Notes: generated from the letters alone by a model not told the origin. Counted from the whole stretch's first letter, positions 35,993-49,394 are shown. The stretch: 63,640 bases of DNA, filler included, from Rhabdomonas costata (GCA_019059605.1; 32 parts of 32 records of this genome joined end to end with filler, not necessarily neighbours in it); one strand, 5' to 3'. Made by a program: numbers and translations.

Positions 35993-36535
35993 GCACAGCA
36001 CGACGTTGTCTTTCATGGTGCTTTACCTTGTCTGCGGCTTCCGCTGATCTTCTTTGTTTTCAGTTGGTCTGTTTGTTGGTCAATCAGCTCATCATTTGGG
36101 GTGTCCCCCACTAGTCAGAACGAGGATGGTCTATCCAAATGACTTCCGCGATTGGACTGTAGAGCGATCTGGAATCGGCGTGCACGCCCTATCCTGCAAC
36201 GCTTTGCTTGCCGATCTTGAAACCCGGCAAGCTGTCGCTTCGCTTCGTCGGAATTGTTGCTTGAATTGTGACGAGTGTGTGTGACCGTCGGAGCGAGGAG
36301 GGAACTTGGTGAAGCGGGATAGTGGCCGGTCGCGAGCGGGTATGGCTTGATAAGGTGATGCGAGTTTTTTTTTTTGGGGGATGGGGTAGGCGAACGCTTT
36401 TCCTTCTCGTAGCTTTTGTCTTCCATTTTTCTAGGGGAGTGCCATAAGTGGAAGAAGAGGCTTGATGTTTTCCGTGCACAACAGCTTTGAGTTCGGAATA
36501 AGGAATTGTCAGTTTTTTGTTTGGCGTCCATGCAG

Positions 36536-36823
36536 TACATCGACCTCGCGAAGTTCCGTGCGGACACCCCAGTCAGCCACACCATCGACTTCGGGTTTGG
36601 CACGCTGACCGCCCAGCTGGAGCTGCGGAGCCCCCCCAATCCGCTGCAAGGCCGACCCAGCCCTTCCATTGGTGTCTCCAGAGGCAACGGAGGGAGCGCA
36701 CCCCTGGCTCGGGATAAAGCTGAGACAAAGAAGCCAAGTGGCCCGCTCTCTCTTGCTTTGCCAGAACCATCCGAGAGCTCGCTGCCGCTTCTCTTTCATT
36801 CCACCAACGCAATGGTCTTGTGA
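36536..36823 (+). CDS. Exon encoding a possible C2-like domain end plus low-complexity tail
   Basis: Acceptor catgcAG, then YIDLAKFRADTPVSHTIDFGFGTLTAQLEL; GC3-rich. Confidence 0.45.
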   Translation, partial: YIDLAKFRADTPVSHTIDFGFGTLTAQLELRSPPNPLQGRPSPSIGVSRGNGGSAPLARDKAETKKPSGPLSLALPEPSESSLPLLFHSTNAMVL

Positions 36824-37871
36824 GCTTCGTCGATAAGCACAAGAGTGAAATGAGTCCACCCAGAATAAGAGGAGAATCTTGGCAGGAATCAGGTGCGGGG
36901 TGGAGGTGATGAGCCGGACATGAGCTCCGACTTTCATCTTTCATGTGTGGGGAGCAACAGGTTTGCTCCAGATGTAGTTTTCGGCGTGTGGCCTGGGGTG
37001 TGGGGCGGAGCGTTTTTGTGTTTGCGCTTTGCTTTGGTGGTTCTAACAGGTCGATTGGAGGTTTTCTTTTTTTTTTCGGGTCTAGGGAACGTGAGGGTAA
37101 CGCTGTGCTTCTTTTTCTTTGTTTGTCCTTTTTATCCACGTGTACCAATTCCTTGCACCTTTCTTTCCTTGCGCCTTTACTACCTAGGGAATTCGAGATC
37201 GTGTGATGACTTCATAATACCTGCACAGTACCTGTGCAATGGGTCATTACAGCAGACAGCCTCAAGTTGTGCCTTACTAATTGAGCGTTTCTTTTTTTCC
37301 GCGCGTGTTCGGTAAGGTTGTTAGTACTGTTCTGTGAGTCACGGGGTGCTGAGCATAATGTCCTTTCTTTTTCGGTGCTTTCTTTTCCCTTGTATGACCC
37401 TCGAAGGCTGTGGCTGTGGCTGTGGCGCTCTCGATTGGGCGCTAGATAGGGTCCAACCCAATGAACCGTGCTCTCACCTACCCGTCTACGCTTGTGGGCT
37501 GAAGTGTGGTCGGTGAGGGCATAGATTCAGTTGGCTGCTTTCGTGGCATTAAAGGATAGGACGAGAGGTGACCCTCACGGGTGCGTTCACTGCACAGGCT
37601 AGGGCTGGAAGGAGTCCCCACTGCCACCCGTTACCCGGCAGCCCGTGGAAACCAGGTGCCTGCTGTATCTGCTGAATCATCACCCTCCCCCGTCCTCCTC
37701 CTTTTATGTTCCCCCGCGCGCTTGCGCGCAAAATCAGCATCTTTCTTTCCTTTCCCAACAAACCNNNNNNNNNNNNNNNNNNNNNNNNNNNNNNNNNNNN
37801 NNNNNNNNTTAATTAATTAANNNNNNNNNNNNNNNNNNNNNNNNNNNNNNNNNNNNNNNNNNNNGGTGTGG

Positions 37872-37962
37872 GGTCAGCTCCCAAGGCATCATGAAAGCCG
37901 TGCCTCCGGGGGGTAGCACTGCCCCTGGAGGCACGGCTTTCATGATGCCTTGGGAGCTGACC
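37872..37962. repeat. Perfect 36-bp inverted repeat at a contig start
   Basis: Arms 37872-37907 and 37927-37962. Confidence 0.92.
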
Positions 37963-37976
37963 ACACAGTCCAGAAC

Positions 37977-38150
37977 TTGCAGGTTTCCCTGCCGGTCGAG
38001 CCGCACGCTGCTGCTGCCGGCATCGCCCTCGGTCTTGGCTCGGACATTGGACTGCTTTAAGCTGGGCTTTGGCCGCCGCGGGGCGGATGGCGTGGGGCGA
38101 GCATCCCCAGATGGTGGAGCCGAGGCCGGCGATTTAGAACCGGAGGCCAT
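37977..38150 (-). CDS. Probable first exon (MASGSKSPASAPP...SVRLDRQGNLQ), weakly DUF167/C15orf40-like
   Basis: ATG, coding-like frame and a possible GTTCTG donor. The family assignment is a guess. Confidence 0.35.
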
Positions 38151-40818
38151 TGTTCTCCGGAAGTAGGGTACTGAAAACCAGCGACCAGTCCGAGGTAAGC
38201 TGCGAAACAATCCAAGAGTTTACGAGTGTGAAACTTCGATTGCTTGGCTCCTCGGGCTGAAAGAAAAACAACACTGACAGCACGCCACTATGTTCTCATT
38301 TACAATGCAAAACAGGAACAAAAAAAAGAAACAATGAAAGAGCAGCAGCTCTGAAAAGTAGCGACCAAACCTGTCAAGAAGAAAAAAAGAAGTGAAGAAG
38401 TAAAAAGAAACGGAGTCAAAGTGTGCCTTGAGGGCGGTGATAACCCAGGACCCGTGGTATACTGCTCGAAAAAAGCTCTCTTCGTTCGGACAACGAGCGT
38501 CATTGTAAACGGGCTGCGCATTACAGTACACCAGTGCGTGAACGTCTAGTTTGGTCCCTCAACGGGTATCCATCCGTACAAGCTCAGTGGTTCGCTAGGC
38601 AATCAATAAAACTGAATAACCCGGGGACAAAACTTTCATAAAAGCCCTCGGGAGCAACAAAACAGGCAGAGCCCACGTCCAAAGGTAAAAGCCCCACACA
38701 CATACAAAAAAACAGCAGAAACCGACGGAAGCTTCTATCGTTTAGGTACCCACAACCCCAAAATAATCACTCCAGCCAGAACCCCGACTCGGTTCTTGGA
38801 AACAGGAGATCACGTATCTGCTGCGTCAAACGCAGCACTCAGTTAACCGCAGGGACCAACCATGCCGCTGCAGGATGCCTTTGGGGGCAAAAGGATGTGT
38901 ACACTTCCTACAGTTCTCAAATGAAACTCAAATAGCAAAGGTTGTACTTGGGTGGAGAGAGACCTGATAGCTCTTTCTCCTATAGCTGTTCTGGGGGTTC
39001 TCCCAGGTGGACCTGTCTAGCCTCTTCAGCTGACCTCCGGAACCTCACCAATCGTCGGGGGATTCATCGGAAATGGGGGGGGGGTGCACTTGCATAGGCC
39101 AAACCTCGCCTATTCGCTGGACATCCAGAGAAATAACATTGACCTCAGAACTCGAGCTAGACTGACCGCCCACCTGCACGCCGGCGTGCCAGAACGATTT
39201 TTGTCTTGCTTTTGCACCTCTCCAAATTGTACTGCCCCTCATGGCATTCAAGAGGCTGAGAAAGAACTGCGGCAACGCATGTCCAAAAAAAAGTCCCTGC
39301 CAACAATCGACGGGACGAAAGCAGGACGATGTTACAGTACAGGCCAATGCAAGATTCCCGATCCGAAAAGTCCAAAAGGCCGCGTTCGTACATGCAGAGA
39401 ATAAAAAGTCACTCACCCCAGTAACGCGAGCGAGTAATTATATCCCTGCTCAAAGTAGAGGGACAGCAGAGTCGAGGGGCAAGCGTCAGCGCGCTGTCCA
39501 GCGCCCGAAATTCTGCTCACACTCTTCGATTTTTCGGAGGAAGTAACTGCGGTCCATCACGGCCTCGTCTATAAAAGCCTTAACAAGGAAAATGTCGTGC
39601 AGTTCCAGCATCTCTGCCCCTGCACGGAACAAGGAACCCGCAAGGAGAGGGAAGATCAGGGGGACCTAGGGGTGGAAAGGGGGTCAGGAAAATTTTCCGC
39701 CAGATAGGCTAGAAAAAACGAAACCACGTACACTACAGCAGTGCAAGCCCGAGTAGNNNNNNNNNNNNNNNNNNNNNNNNNNNNNNNNNNNNNNNNNNNN
39801 TTAATTAATTAANNNNNNNNNNNNNNNNNNNNNNNNNNNNNNNNNNNNNNNNNNNNTGTAGGTGGGAAGAATTTTGCTGAAAGAAAGAGAAGTGAGAAGT
39901 AGCACAACGTCATATCCACAACCCGCAGCAGGAGTTCAAGGGGTTTGGTTTCAGTTGTCAGCAAACAACCTAGATATAAATGAGAAGGAGAGAAGGAGAT
40001 TACAGCAAAGGCACGATAACAGAACGGTGAGGGGAGAGCACGCACGCACAGACACACACGCACACACAAACACAACCTCCCTGTTCTCGCGCGTCACGCG
40101 CGGGATATCGTGCACTCGACAGCACTTCGAAGCGCCCGCGGCGGCTTCCCCACTGCAGCCCCTCGCCGCAGCGCAGCAGTGGTCGACGCCACACATACGC
40201 ATTGAAGAAGGACTGCCTTTTTGCGTTGTGAGATACCCGAAATTGCATAAAAGCAACCTGCACAGGAGATACAAAGTTCGGTTTCTCACAAGTAAGGCAG
40301 CAGACACAAAAAGGAAAGACAGGGACAAGAAAGACCTTGGCAGGTCGTGTATGGCACGCACTGAAGGTTCGGAGGAAAACATTTCGCAGGACGTTAGATG
40401 ACATACACATGTCCATACAGCACTGTGAGGTCATGTCCGCATCACCTCCAAAAGTCGCAGCCGAAAAGGCACGCACGAAATCAGGCATCCTCAGTGGGTG
40501 GTTGAATAATCCGTTTTTTTCCTGGAGATGTTTGGCTTCTTTTCGGCCTATTCTTTGGTGTGTCCACCCCTACCGGTAACTTTTCGACATACTTCAGGCG
40601 ATCACCCGTAGCCCAAAAGTGTATTGGTTCTGTGACCACATTGCGACAAGTGGGCAGCTAAAGTTACATTCCGCCCGGTTCGCTGAATGTGTGTTTTCAG
40701 TCAGCATTTGAGACGTTTAGGAATGCCACTGAATGACAATTAGAGTGAACCACTGCGCGACGGTTCGGGCAGTTGGACCTCCCGCCGCCCAACGGGCCTT
40801 ACTTCGCACTACCAACAG

Positions 40819-41721
40819 GTGCTGGCTCTGAGCCACATTGCGGAGGAGGACTGCATGCACTTCCCGCTGGAGGACAGCTGCGTGGAGTACATCAGCATGT
40901 TCCGCGCCCCGGGGATCCTCGCGGTGACGGAGTTCATCCACCGCCAGAGGGCGGCCCACCGCAACGTCCTCGTACACTGCGATGCAGGTCGACCCACACA
41001 CATGCGCGAACACACATACCCACGCGCACGCTGCCTCTGACTCGCAGATTCGCAGACATTAAGGGTTACCAAAACATGGAAATGGAGCCAATGGTGAGCA
41101 GGACTGCTCCGGGATAAATTCCCTCGACCCCGCACATGCACACACACATACACCAATGTCCTTACCAACGGGAAAGGAAACTATCCCAGATGCCTCTGGT
41201 TGAAGAGTCATTGCGGCAGTCACATGAGAGAGGAGATTTACCGGGAGGCGGCTGGAAGAGGTTTCTGCCTGTTTACGCTTCCGAAGGAAAAACCTAAAGG
41301 TCCAGCCACCCAGAGAAGAAGGAAAAAAGAAGGAAAACCTGACCAGCATCGAGCAGCGCGGGTGGCCAGTGGGGAAATTGTGCGAAAAAAGCCTGGGACC
41401 CGTGGGGCAGAAAGGATGTTACCGCATGTGAAAAGTTTGGCGGTGAACCGGTACCTCACGGCACCGTTAGCTCCGAAAGAATACCTCTTCCCGCTGGCAC
41501 CCATGTGGCCAACAGCCCCTGCCCCTGCCCCCTCAGTCGACAACGGTTGGCAGCAGCCAGTCATACAACAGCCAGCGCGCTTTGCGCCCAACGCGTGCGC
41601 GCGCGTGTACACACACACAGACACATACCGACGAACCGGTTTCTTTCCCTGCACAAGGGGTGACCCGCTCCCCTGCGGTAGTGCTGGCGTACCTGATGCG
41701 CTTTGGGCTGTGCTCGGACCC
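40819..41721 (+). CDS. Dual-specificity protein phosphatase, two exons (40819-40987, 41658-about 41721)
   Basis: Splicing rebuilds the catalytic motif NVLVHCDAG|VTRSPAVVLAYLM (HCxxGxxRS and AYLM). Confidence 0.92.
41358..41594 (+). repeat. Dispersed repeat family, copy 2 (in the phosphatase intron, followed by a CA-rich tail)
   Basis: Aligns by eye with 18601-18803 (reverse complement) and 48789-48935. Confidence 0.85.
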
Positions 41722-42949
41722 GTGCCCCACCTTCGCGCCCCCACCCCCNNNNNNNNNNNNNNNNNNNNNNNNNNNNNNNNNNNNNNNNNNNNTTAATTAA
41801 TTAANNNNNNNNNNNNNNNNNNNNNNNNNNNNNNNNNNNNNNNNNNNNGCAGTCACCTCGTGCATGTCGATGATTCAGTGTCGATTAGTCTTTTAAAAAG
41901 CTGGTGCGGGGCGATGTGGTGGGGAGAGGTATTGTTTCCGAGCAGGTTCACGGCAAGTGTTCGGTGTTGGGGTCCTTCGGTTCCCATGCGAGGGCGACAA
42001 GAGCTCAGGGACCAGTATTTGCCCGGGATGCACCCCACCTCAGCTAATATTAGGTGAATCCGCTTAGTAAAGGTCCTCCGATTGACCACGGTCCGCCCAC
42101 TAAAACAACAGTCATTCAAAACAGAACGACTTTCTTCGGCTAGGATGTCAAACAAAAGCAATTACATCGATAAGCAGTGGGGTTGAGGTTTAATGGTAGA
42201 AAAAGAAGATACCCCAGTGAAAAAGTTGAAACTCACAGTGAAAAAACCGACCTTTTGGGAGTTACTCATTTTCAGAAGGATGAATCAAATCCTCACAGCA
42301 CGAATGCTTAATGTGTGTGGTGCCTAAAAAACACGTGTCAGAAGCATCAATTTCGGAGCGCGATCGAAACATAGCACTCCTTCTCACATCGCTAGCCCAC
42401 AATTAAAACTCAGACACCAGGAAACCACAAGCAGTGTCCAAGCAGAACAAGCAGATGTACAAAGAGAAGAACAACAACGTAGGTAGGTAGACAAGGGAAG
42501 GGAAGGGTATGTATAGTTGGGGGTGAGTTGGGCGCTCGTCTCACGAGTGTCAGAGGAAGGGCATCGAAATCCCAGTTTGTAGTATAGTATAACATCTGCA
42601 GGGGGTTAGAGGGCAATGGTAGTTTTTGTGGGATCCCCTGCTCCGACCCCGGCAGAATTCTTCTGTTCAAATCAAACCACAAGAGAACGGGAAGTTCAGC
42701 ATGATCAGCATGATGGCACACCACAGATGCACACCCATAATTGCTAATATGTGAACAAAAATGCCAAAAAACAAAAGCAAGGAAAGGTCATCGACGAAGC
42801 CGAAATGGTGAGAGGTGGGGGGGTGGAAGGCAGGGGTGGAAGTGGAAGCAGGAGCGCGAACATCCCACATTGATGCAGAGGTATGCACACACCGACCCAG
42901 TTAGTGAGGGATCATGACAACCATGCACTGGCTCCCTTTTTTCCTGCTT

Positions 42950-43379
42950 TTACTGCGCTGCTAGTGGTGGCAAAGGCGCAGTCGCCGCGGCAGTAGCATT
43001 GGCGGTTTGTGCATTCTGCGCGGTGGCCTGTGCCTCGGCGTGGCTGCGAAAGAGCTGTGCCACCTGAGTTATCCTCCCCCCTCTTGTTGTGAGCAACAGG
43101 ATATGCTCCCACCGCGTAGTGGACAACCACGTGGATGTTCAGATTGAAGTTGAACTAAGTTGAAGTTGCACCGGGATACTGTGGAAAGTGCTCAGCTCGT
43201 ACAAGGTGCGACTTTACATGCAAATATAAGAACCCATGTAGAAATGTGGAAGGGAGAGGCTGGGAAGGGGGGTCCAGCACCTCGGGCTGCGCTGCAGTAC
43301 CAGCGAGCATGAGTTCTGTGAAACCGTGGTCGCCCTGCACAGAGAGGTCCGCCTTGAGCTCCGCCAGCCTCGTGCAGCA
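42950..43379 (-). CDS. Ankyrin-repeat protein, last two exons (43379-43281, 43063-42950)
   Basis: LAELKADLSVQGDHGFTELMLAGTAAQPE|VAQLFRSH...stop, an ankyrin-like pattern with a phase-0 junction. Confidence 0.7.
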
Positions 43380-44443
43380 CTGCGGGTGGCAATGTTTTGC
43401 AGAAACACAGCGCATGGGACTACCTGAAAAACACCTCCAAACTCTTCCGGAGTCTTTGGAGATGGTCTCCGCTTCTCGCTTATCGCCACTCCTCCATCAC
43501 ATACTAATCCCTACTCCTCGGGGCACAGAAACCCCATGAGCGACAGGACACCACTGATGACCGGATCACAATTTGACCCCCCCCCCAGGTCCAGCTGCGC
43601 AAGAGCCTCAGTTCCCTCCCAATGCATCCAAGCAAAACAAAGATACGCCGAAGCCGCCAAAGTTCCCGCTTGCACCTCGACCTTAAAGTTCCAATATTTC
43701 TTCTCTTTCAGGAAAACACAAACCCAAACACACCCACACNNNNNNNNNNNNNNNNNNNNNNNNNNNNNNNNNNNNNNNNNNNNTTAATTAATTAANNNNN
43801 NNNNNNNNNNNNNNNNNNNNNNNNNNNNNNNNNNNNNNNGGTGGGTGTGGTAGCGCTCATTTAGTGGGGCAGGGAGGAATAGCGTTGGGATGGGTGAACT
43901 TGCAGCTACGTGGTCGACACCGGAAAGGTCAAGACCAAGCACTATTCTGGCCTGACTGGTGTGTTTATGTGTGTCTGTGTCCGCCATGAGGGCGTGCCGT
44001 TCCAGAGTCTTTCCGACGCTGCCTGCACTCTTTTGTTCTGTTTTTTGATGTGTATGTTGAACTGTTTATCTGAAGACGAACCTCGTCATTCTCCTGTGTA
44101 GGCGTAGGGTGCGTTTTGCTTTAAAAAAAACTCTACAGTATACAAAAAAATATGCGGGTCTATGTGTTCAAAAGCCAACGAAGTGACCCCTTTCAGTGCC
44201 GGACTGAAGCCCACTCAGCTCCCCTTTGGCTGCTTACGAACTCTGTGTGTGTATGTGCGCGCGCTGGATTCGATGGAGGAGTGGGAAATCTGCTGAAAGA
44301 CCTCCCCAGCAATGCTCCTACACGCGCTGTACATCTCTGTGGTAGGAGCCCCTGTGTGCTACAGGAAGCAGGGAGAGATGAGTCAAAGGCAGCGGCGGGG
44401 GAATCGAAAGAGCTCCCAGTTCCCCTCCCATTCCCAATTAAAG

Positions 44444-45473
44444 GGGTGGTGACGTTTGAGGTGACGTGGTGCAGCCGGGCCAGCGCGGACCAGCGCGCGG
44501 GGCGAGCAGGGCGAACCTCCGCGGGCCACGCGTACCGCCTGTACACCCCCGCAGTGTTTGGCAACCTCATGGACGAGTTCACGGAGCCTGAGATTTGCCA
44601 TACTCCGGCGGATACCCTGGTGCCTGACCCCCCCTCCCTTTTTTCCTTTCTCCGCGAATAAACAAACACGACTGTTGCTAAGTCAAAGAAAAAACCTTTT
44701 TTGAGCGCGGAGCCTACACAGGGCAAAAATGGTGCTTCACGCAATAACAAAAAAACTTTTTCTCGGTGCTTGGTTTCTGAAAAGCCCGGCTTCACATTTC
44801 AGAACTGAGGTGCAGTGGGCAACATCTTTCTCACTCGGGTCCCATGGAAGGGAAAGGGAAAGGGAAATGAGGCGACCGAGGCGACCGACGCAAGAAGTTC
44901 ATTGCTGGGGCAAGCGCATTTGCGGTGTGGCGTGCGTCAAGCCTCCCGTTCCAGCGCGGCAGCCTCGTGTTTCCTTGGGGTGGTGGTGTTCCTCCCCACC
45001 CAGCACGACAGCAGAAGAAAGGTGAGGAAAAGTGGTAACAAATGTTTTTAATGGATAATGCGCAGTCCTCCCAAAATGTTTGTGATAGCAGTGTATGCAT
45101 GCGTGGGGGCCACCCGTGCCGCTAATCTTAAGCAGTAATGAATGGCCAGTGTGGCCAGTGTGTGGACTTTTGCACTGCCGACGTTTCAGGTCGATAGTTT
45201 CCGTCTAGAAAAGTGTACATCCGAGTGCCCAACATGGTGTGGCTTGTCTGCCATAGTGTGGATGGTGTTTGTCTATGTGTCCTTATGCACTCAGGTTCTC
45301 ATGATGAAGGCCATGGGGATCGAGAACGTTGCAAACTTTCCCTTCCCCACGGCGCCCAAGGAGGAGGTGCTGTGGTCTGCGCTGACCCACCTGAGGGCCA
45401 TCGAGGCGCTGGACCAGGCCTACCACATCACTCCCCTGGGACGCCAGCTGGCCCTGTACCCCTTGCTGCCCAG
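44444..45473 (+). CDS. DHX37: DEAH-box RNA helicase DHX37/DHR1-like, two exons (44444-44619, 45295-45473)
   Basis: FEVTWCSRASADQRAGRAGRT (motif VI), GHAYRLY, L|VLMMKAMGIENVANFPFPTAP and ITPLGRQLALYPLLPR. Confidence 0.85.
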
Positions 45474-46155
45474 GTCGCTTCGCTCTTCTGACACAGGATA
45501 GTAGTTGGACTTACAACGGTGTTCACAACACCAACCCAAAGAATTGCTCTGAGGAACAAACATCACGCCGATGCAACTCGACTCCAAAAGAGATGTTGTC
45601 ACTCATCTGCTGCCCATCCTCCCAATTTGGCGGCGAAGGGTGTGTCACTTACACAACATGTGACACGTGTGCGTCCACCCACCCAGGCGAGTCGATCTTT
45701 CCACGCGGACCCTGCACTTACAGCACCACANNNNNNNNNNNNNNNNNNNNNNNNNNNNNNNNNNNNNNNNNNNNTTAATTAATTAANNNNNNNNNNNNNN
45801 NNNNNNNNNNNNNNNNNNNNNNNNNNNNNNTGCCTTTTGATCTGGAGCATTACAGGCCTGCATCGGAAAGTATAGCTTTTTGTCGCGGGCAGCTCGGCGC
45901 ACTCAAAAGAGCACACTGCGCAGTTTCTCATTCTGGCGCTGAAAGTATTTGTCTGTGAGGGAATGCGTGGCGGTGCAGGGGAATGGAAGAGTTTCTGGTG
46001 ACAGCTGCAGGTGGGAATCGGCGGACACTGGGTGGTGGCACCATGTTCATATAAAAGGCCTTGCCAGTGGTCGTGGAAAGGGAGGGGTCATTGTAACATG
46101 GTTACTTCCGTGTCCCGTCCAACGCCGTGGACTGCGCGCACCCAATGGCCTTTAG

Positions 46156-46314
46156 GGCGGGGACATGGCCACTGCGATCAACTACGTCATCAGCTCGGGC
46201 GGGATTCCCTCGGAGCAGAGCTACCCCTACACCTCGGGCACCGGGGTCAACGGGACGTGCTCTACAGACTCCAGCATGCTGCAGCCCTTGGCAAAGTTCT
46301 CTCGTGTTCTTAAG
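46156..46314 (+). CDS. Papain-family (C1A, cathepsin L/F-like) cysteine protease, internal exon; not in the ORF track
   Basis: GGDMATAINYVISSGGIPSEQSYPYTSGTGVNGTC between tttAG and GTTTGA. Confidence 0.88.
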
Positions 46315-48097
46315 GTTTGAGTTCTCTCTTCCCACTATGGTTGCATCCTGGAGGATTTCCGGGAGGACGTCGGTGTGCGGGTAGTTGAAATCGTCTTTTT
46401 CCCTCAACAAGAACGGGATCCTTTTTACTCTTCATAAGGTCCCAGCCCGCCGATGACCACTTTGTTTTGTAACTATGGGTGAATCGGGGCAGTTTCCAAA
46501 TATTCTGACAGCTTTCTTTGGATTCCTTGTTCCGCTTTACAGGGCCCATGCCTGCTCGTAGTATGTGCTGGTGAAGACTGTAAGTTGGTCACATGAATAA
46601 AACTGCCATTGTAAAGCAGGTGCTCCGGCTACGGTGATCCAAGCTTTCTTGTGTGATTGTGGTAGGGGGGTGATTGCTTGGAAGGTGCACTGACACCGGA
46701 TAAAGGACGCAGGTTAAGCCGTGTGGGTTTCAGTGGCGGTGGCAGGTGCTTTCTCTCGCACCTCATCCCGTCATGTTTTGCTCTTTCGTTTTTCTTTTGT
46801 ATTGCTCTTTCGTTGTCTTTTTCTCGCTGAACTTCCTCAACACTTCAGTTCTACGGGGCGTCTGAGGACAACCTCGCGGGTGACCTGAGTACATACGGGC
46901 CGCTTTTCATCGGCGTGGCTGCAACGGACGCGTGGCAGACGTACACCGGAGGTTGGAAAAAGCGTAGAGGAGAGAGAGTTTGGGTGGTGGGAAGGGGTGA
47001 TTGTGTTGCAAGCCAACCTCGTTTCAAAATATTCTCACGGGCCCTATTATTTCTCGGGCTAAATTTTCGCAAATACGGCCTCTTTACTCATTCGCGGGTC
47101 GGCCGCCCCTGTAACTCTTCATTGCATTGAAGTGATTAATCCTGCAAGGTATGGATTTCCAAATTTTTGTTCTGCAAAAAAAATTAGGTTTCGTCTTCAA
47201 ATGCCGTTTGAGAAAGTGAAGTGCGAGTCAGCCCAGACACCGAAAACATGTCAGAAGAATTATAGTCTCCTCTTACACCCCCAGCCGCGAAACGACACGC
47301 CTCGCTGCTGCGAATGTTGCGAAAAACACTAAGGGGAACATCGCGAAGTGTATTGATTTACAAAAAACCTAAAACATAATAAAGTAGGTGCACTGTAAAC
47401 TCAGAACAACAGAAACATCTCGTTTTCTTTAACCGTTTTAGCTCACCAAGGTTAAAAACTACCTGTGTGAGTACAACGCAACGCTAGACAACATGCATCA
47501 GCGATGCGGTGGCGTTCCCACTGGGTTCGATTTTTGAAGTTTCTTTCGCGCCTCAACACAAATCAAGACCTTTTTGGGACTACATAATCATCCTGCTGAA
47601 GACGATGGCAATTCTTTACGTTCAAATGGGTCACATACCTCTGAGTTTCGGGGGTATAAATATCCGGCACTCCTTCAGCAGTGTACCTTTTTTTAAGGCT
47701 CCTTTCATTGCTCATGTTGANNNNNNNNNNNNNNNNNNNNNNNNNNNNNNNNNNNNNNNNNNNNTTAATTAATTAANNNNNNNNNNNNNNNNNNNNNNNN
47801 NNNNNNNNNNNNNNNNNNNNGGGTTGTGTGCCGGTTTGGGGTCTTCGCAAACACCACCGGAGGAACTTCTAAAGTGTGCTACTCGGTACAGACCTGACAG
47901 GCTTTATTACAGTACTCCAGTGAATGGGCTGCGTTTGTATGCTGGACGTTTCTGGAAAGCCGGCGCAAAGTTGTCAACAAAGCATTGAATTAATGATGGC
48001 TTGTGCCAATTTTTCTAGAGTGATGCGAGAGGAAACTAATTGTTGCTTTTGTTGCACCACCACGACCACCGTGAATGGCCATTGTTGCCGTGCACCC

Positions 48098-49394
48098 ATG
48101 TCGTCTCCCGTTGAAGTCTTTCGTCGTGACATTCATAAACTAGACATTGGCCTGCTCTCCACCTTTTTTCTTCGGCTGCCGACTCTTCCGAACGAGTCCA
48201 GAGAGCACCTTACTCGTCAGTCGAGCTTCGAGGAGGTGCCTGTGGAACCACTTTCGTCGCAACAGGGGGTGGCTTCACTCGTGTCACACGCAGCGCCGCG
48301 GGGTTTCTGGGCTCTTGTTATTATCCCACCCCATTCTCTAAGATGGCATTGCTGATTTCTAGTTTTGAGCACGCTGCGGTTGCCTGTGCTGCGCTTCGGT
48401 TTTCTTGCCGGGGGTGGGTCCTTCGGACACCGAACCTTCCTCGCCCCGGTTTATCTTCTGTATGTTGTGCAAACTTTGGTACTCGGAATGGAATGGCGCG
48501 GAGACCGCCATTTGCGCTTGGAAGGCGATCGGTCTCTACAAGGGTTCCCGGAGCGGGTGCTGTGTCAGTACCGAGGGTTGACACTGTGCCCTTGCCGTCC
48601 CAGCCGCCCCGGAAAGCACCAACGGGAGTTTTATACACAGGTTTGTCCTTTGCTTCATACACACATACACACACACACGCCGAGGTAGGGAGGTTAAGCT
48701 GGTGAGGGAAGACGCAATGCAATCACAGAGTGGTGTGCTGGCACCGCAGCGCCTACTGATACCGTTTCTGCCCGTTCACACCCGAAGAAAAAGGCTATAA
48801 GCCGGTACCTCACGGCGTTGTTCGCTGCAAAGGTTGCTTTCGCGGGCACCTGTGGTCAACAGCGCGTGCGCTCGTCAGTCAACAGTGGTCACCAGCAGTC
48901 AACCAGGCAGCAGCCAGCGCGCTATGCGCGCAACATGCATACACAGACACACACGCATTTCGTGACGACACTGGACCTTTAACAAGCTTGAACAAAGGCA
49001 GGTCTTCATGTCACTTTCAACTCTACCCACATTCTTGCTGATCGCATTGGGTTGGCTTGGGAGCAAGTCGATTTGTATGTTAGGAAGCTTGGCACCGGGC
49101 GTGTGTTTTGGGGTGTGCAGGAGGCGGTAGAAGCGGTTGTATGTGTGGCTGATGGCGTCTTCCAGCTGGGGGGGCTATTCAAATCGTCAGTTCAAAGGAT
49201 ACTTCCCCATATTCCGTATGCTCGTCCACTGATCACAAATGCCCTGGGCAGGTCTCTTTCTGACGGAGAGGGCCTCTGAGATTGCCGCGAACCTGGGCAA
49301 AGCAGAGTGGGGAGCCCTGTTACCCTCACTGGTGGGAAACCTGCACTGCACTCTGAGGCACGGCTTCCGCCCCGAACTCACTGAGGCCGAGCAG
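48098..49394 (+). CDS. Exons of an unknown helical protein (48098-48235, 49121-49223, 49252-49394; other exons possible)
   Basis: Coding-like frames with GT/AG ends. No family recognised. Confidence 0.4.
48756..48935 (+). repeat. Dispersed repeat family, copy 3 (followed by a CA-rich tail)
   Basis: Shares gataccg..ctgcccgttcac and ccggtacctcacggc...cagccagcgcgctatgcgc blocks with the other copies. Confidence 0.8.
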
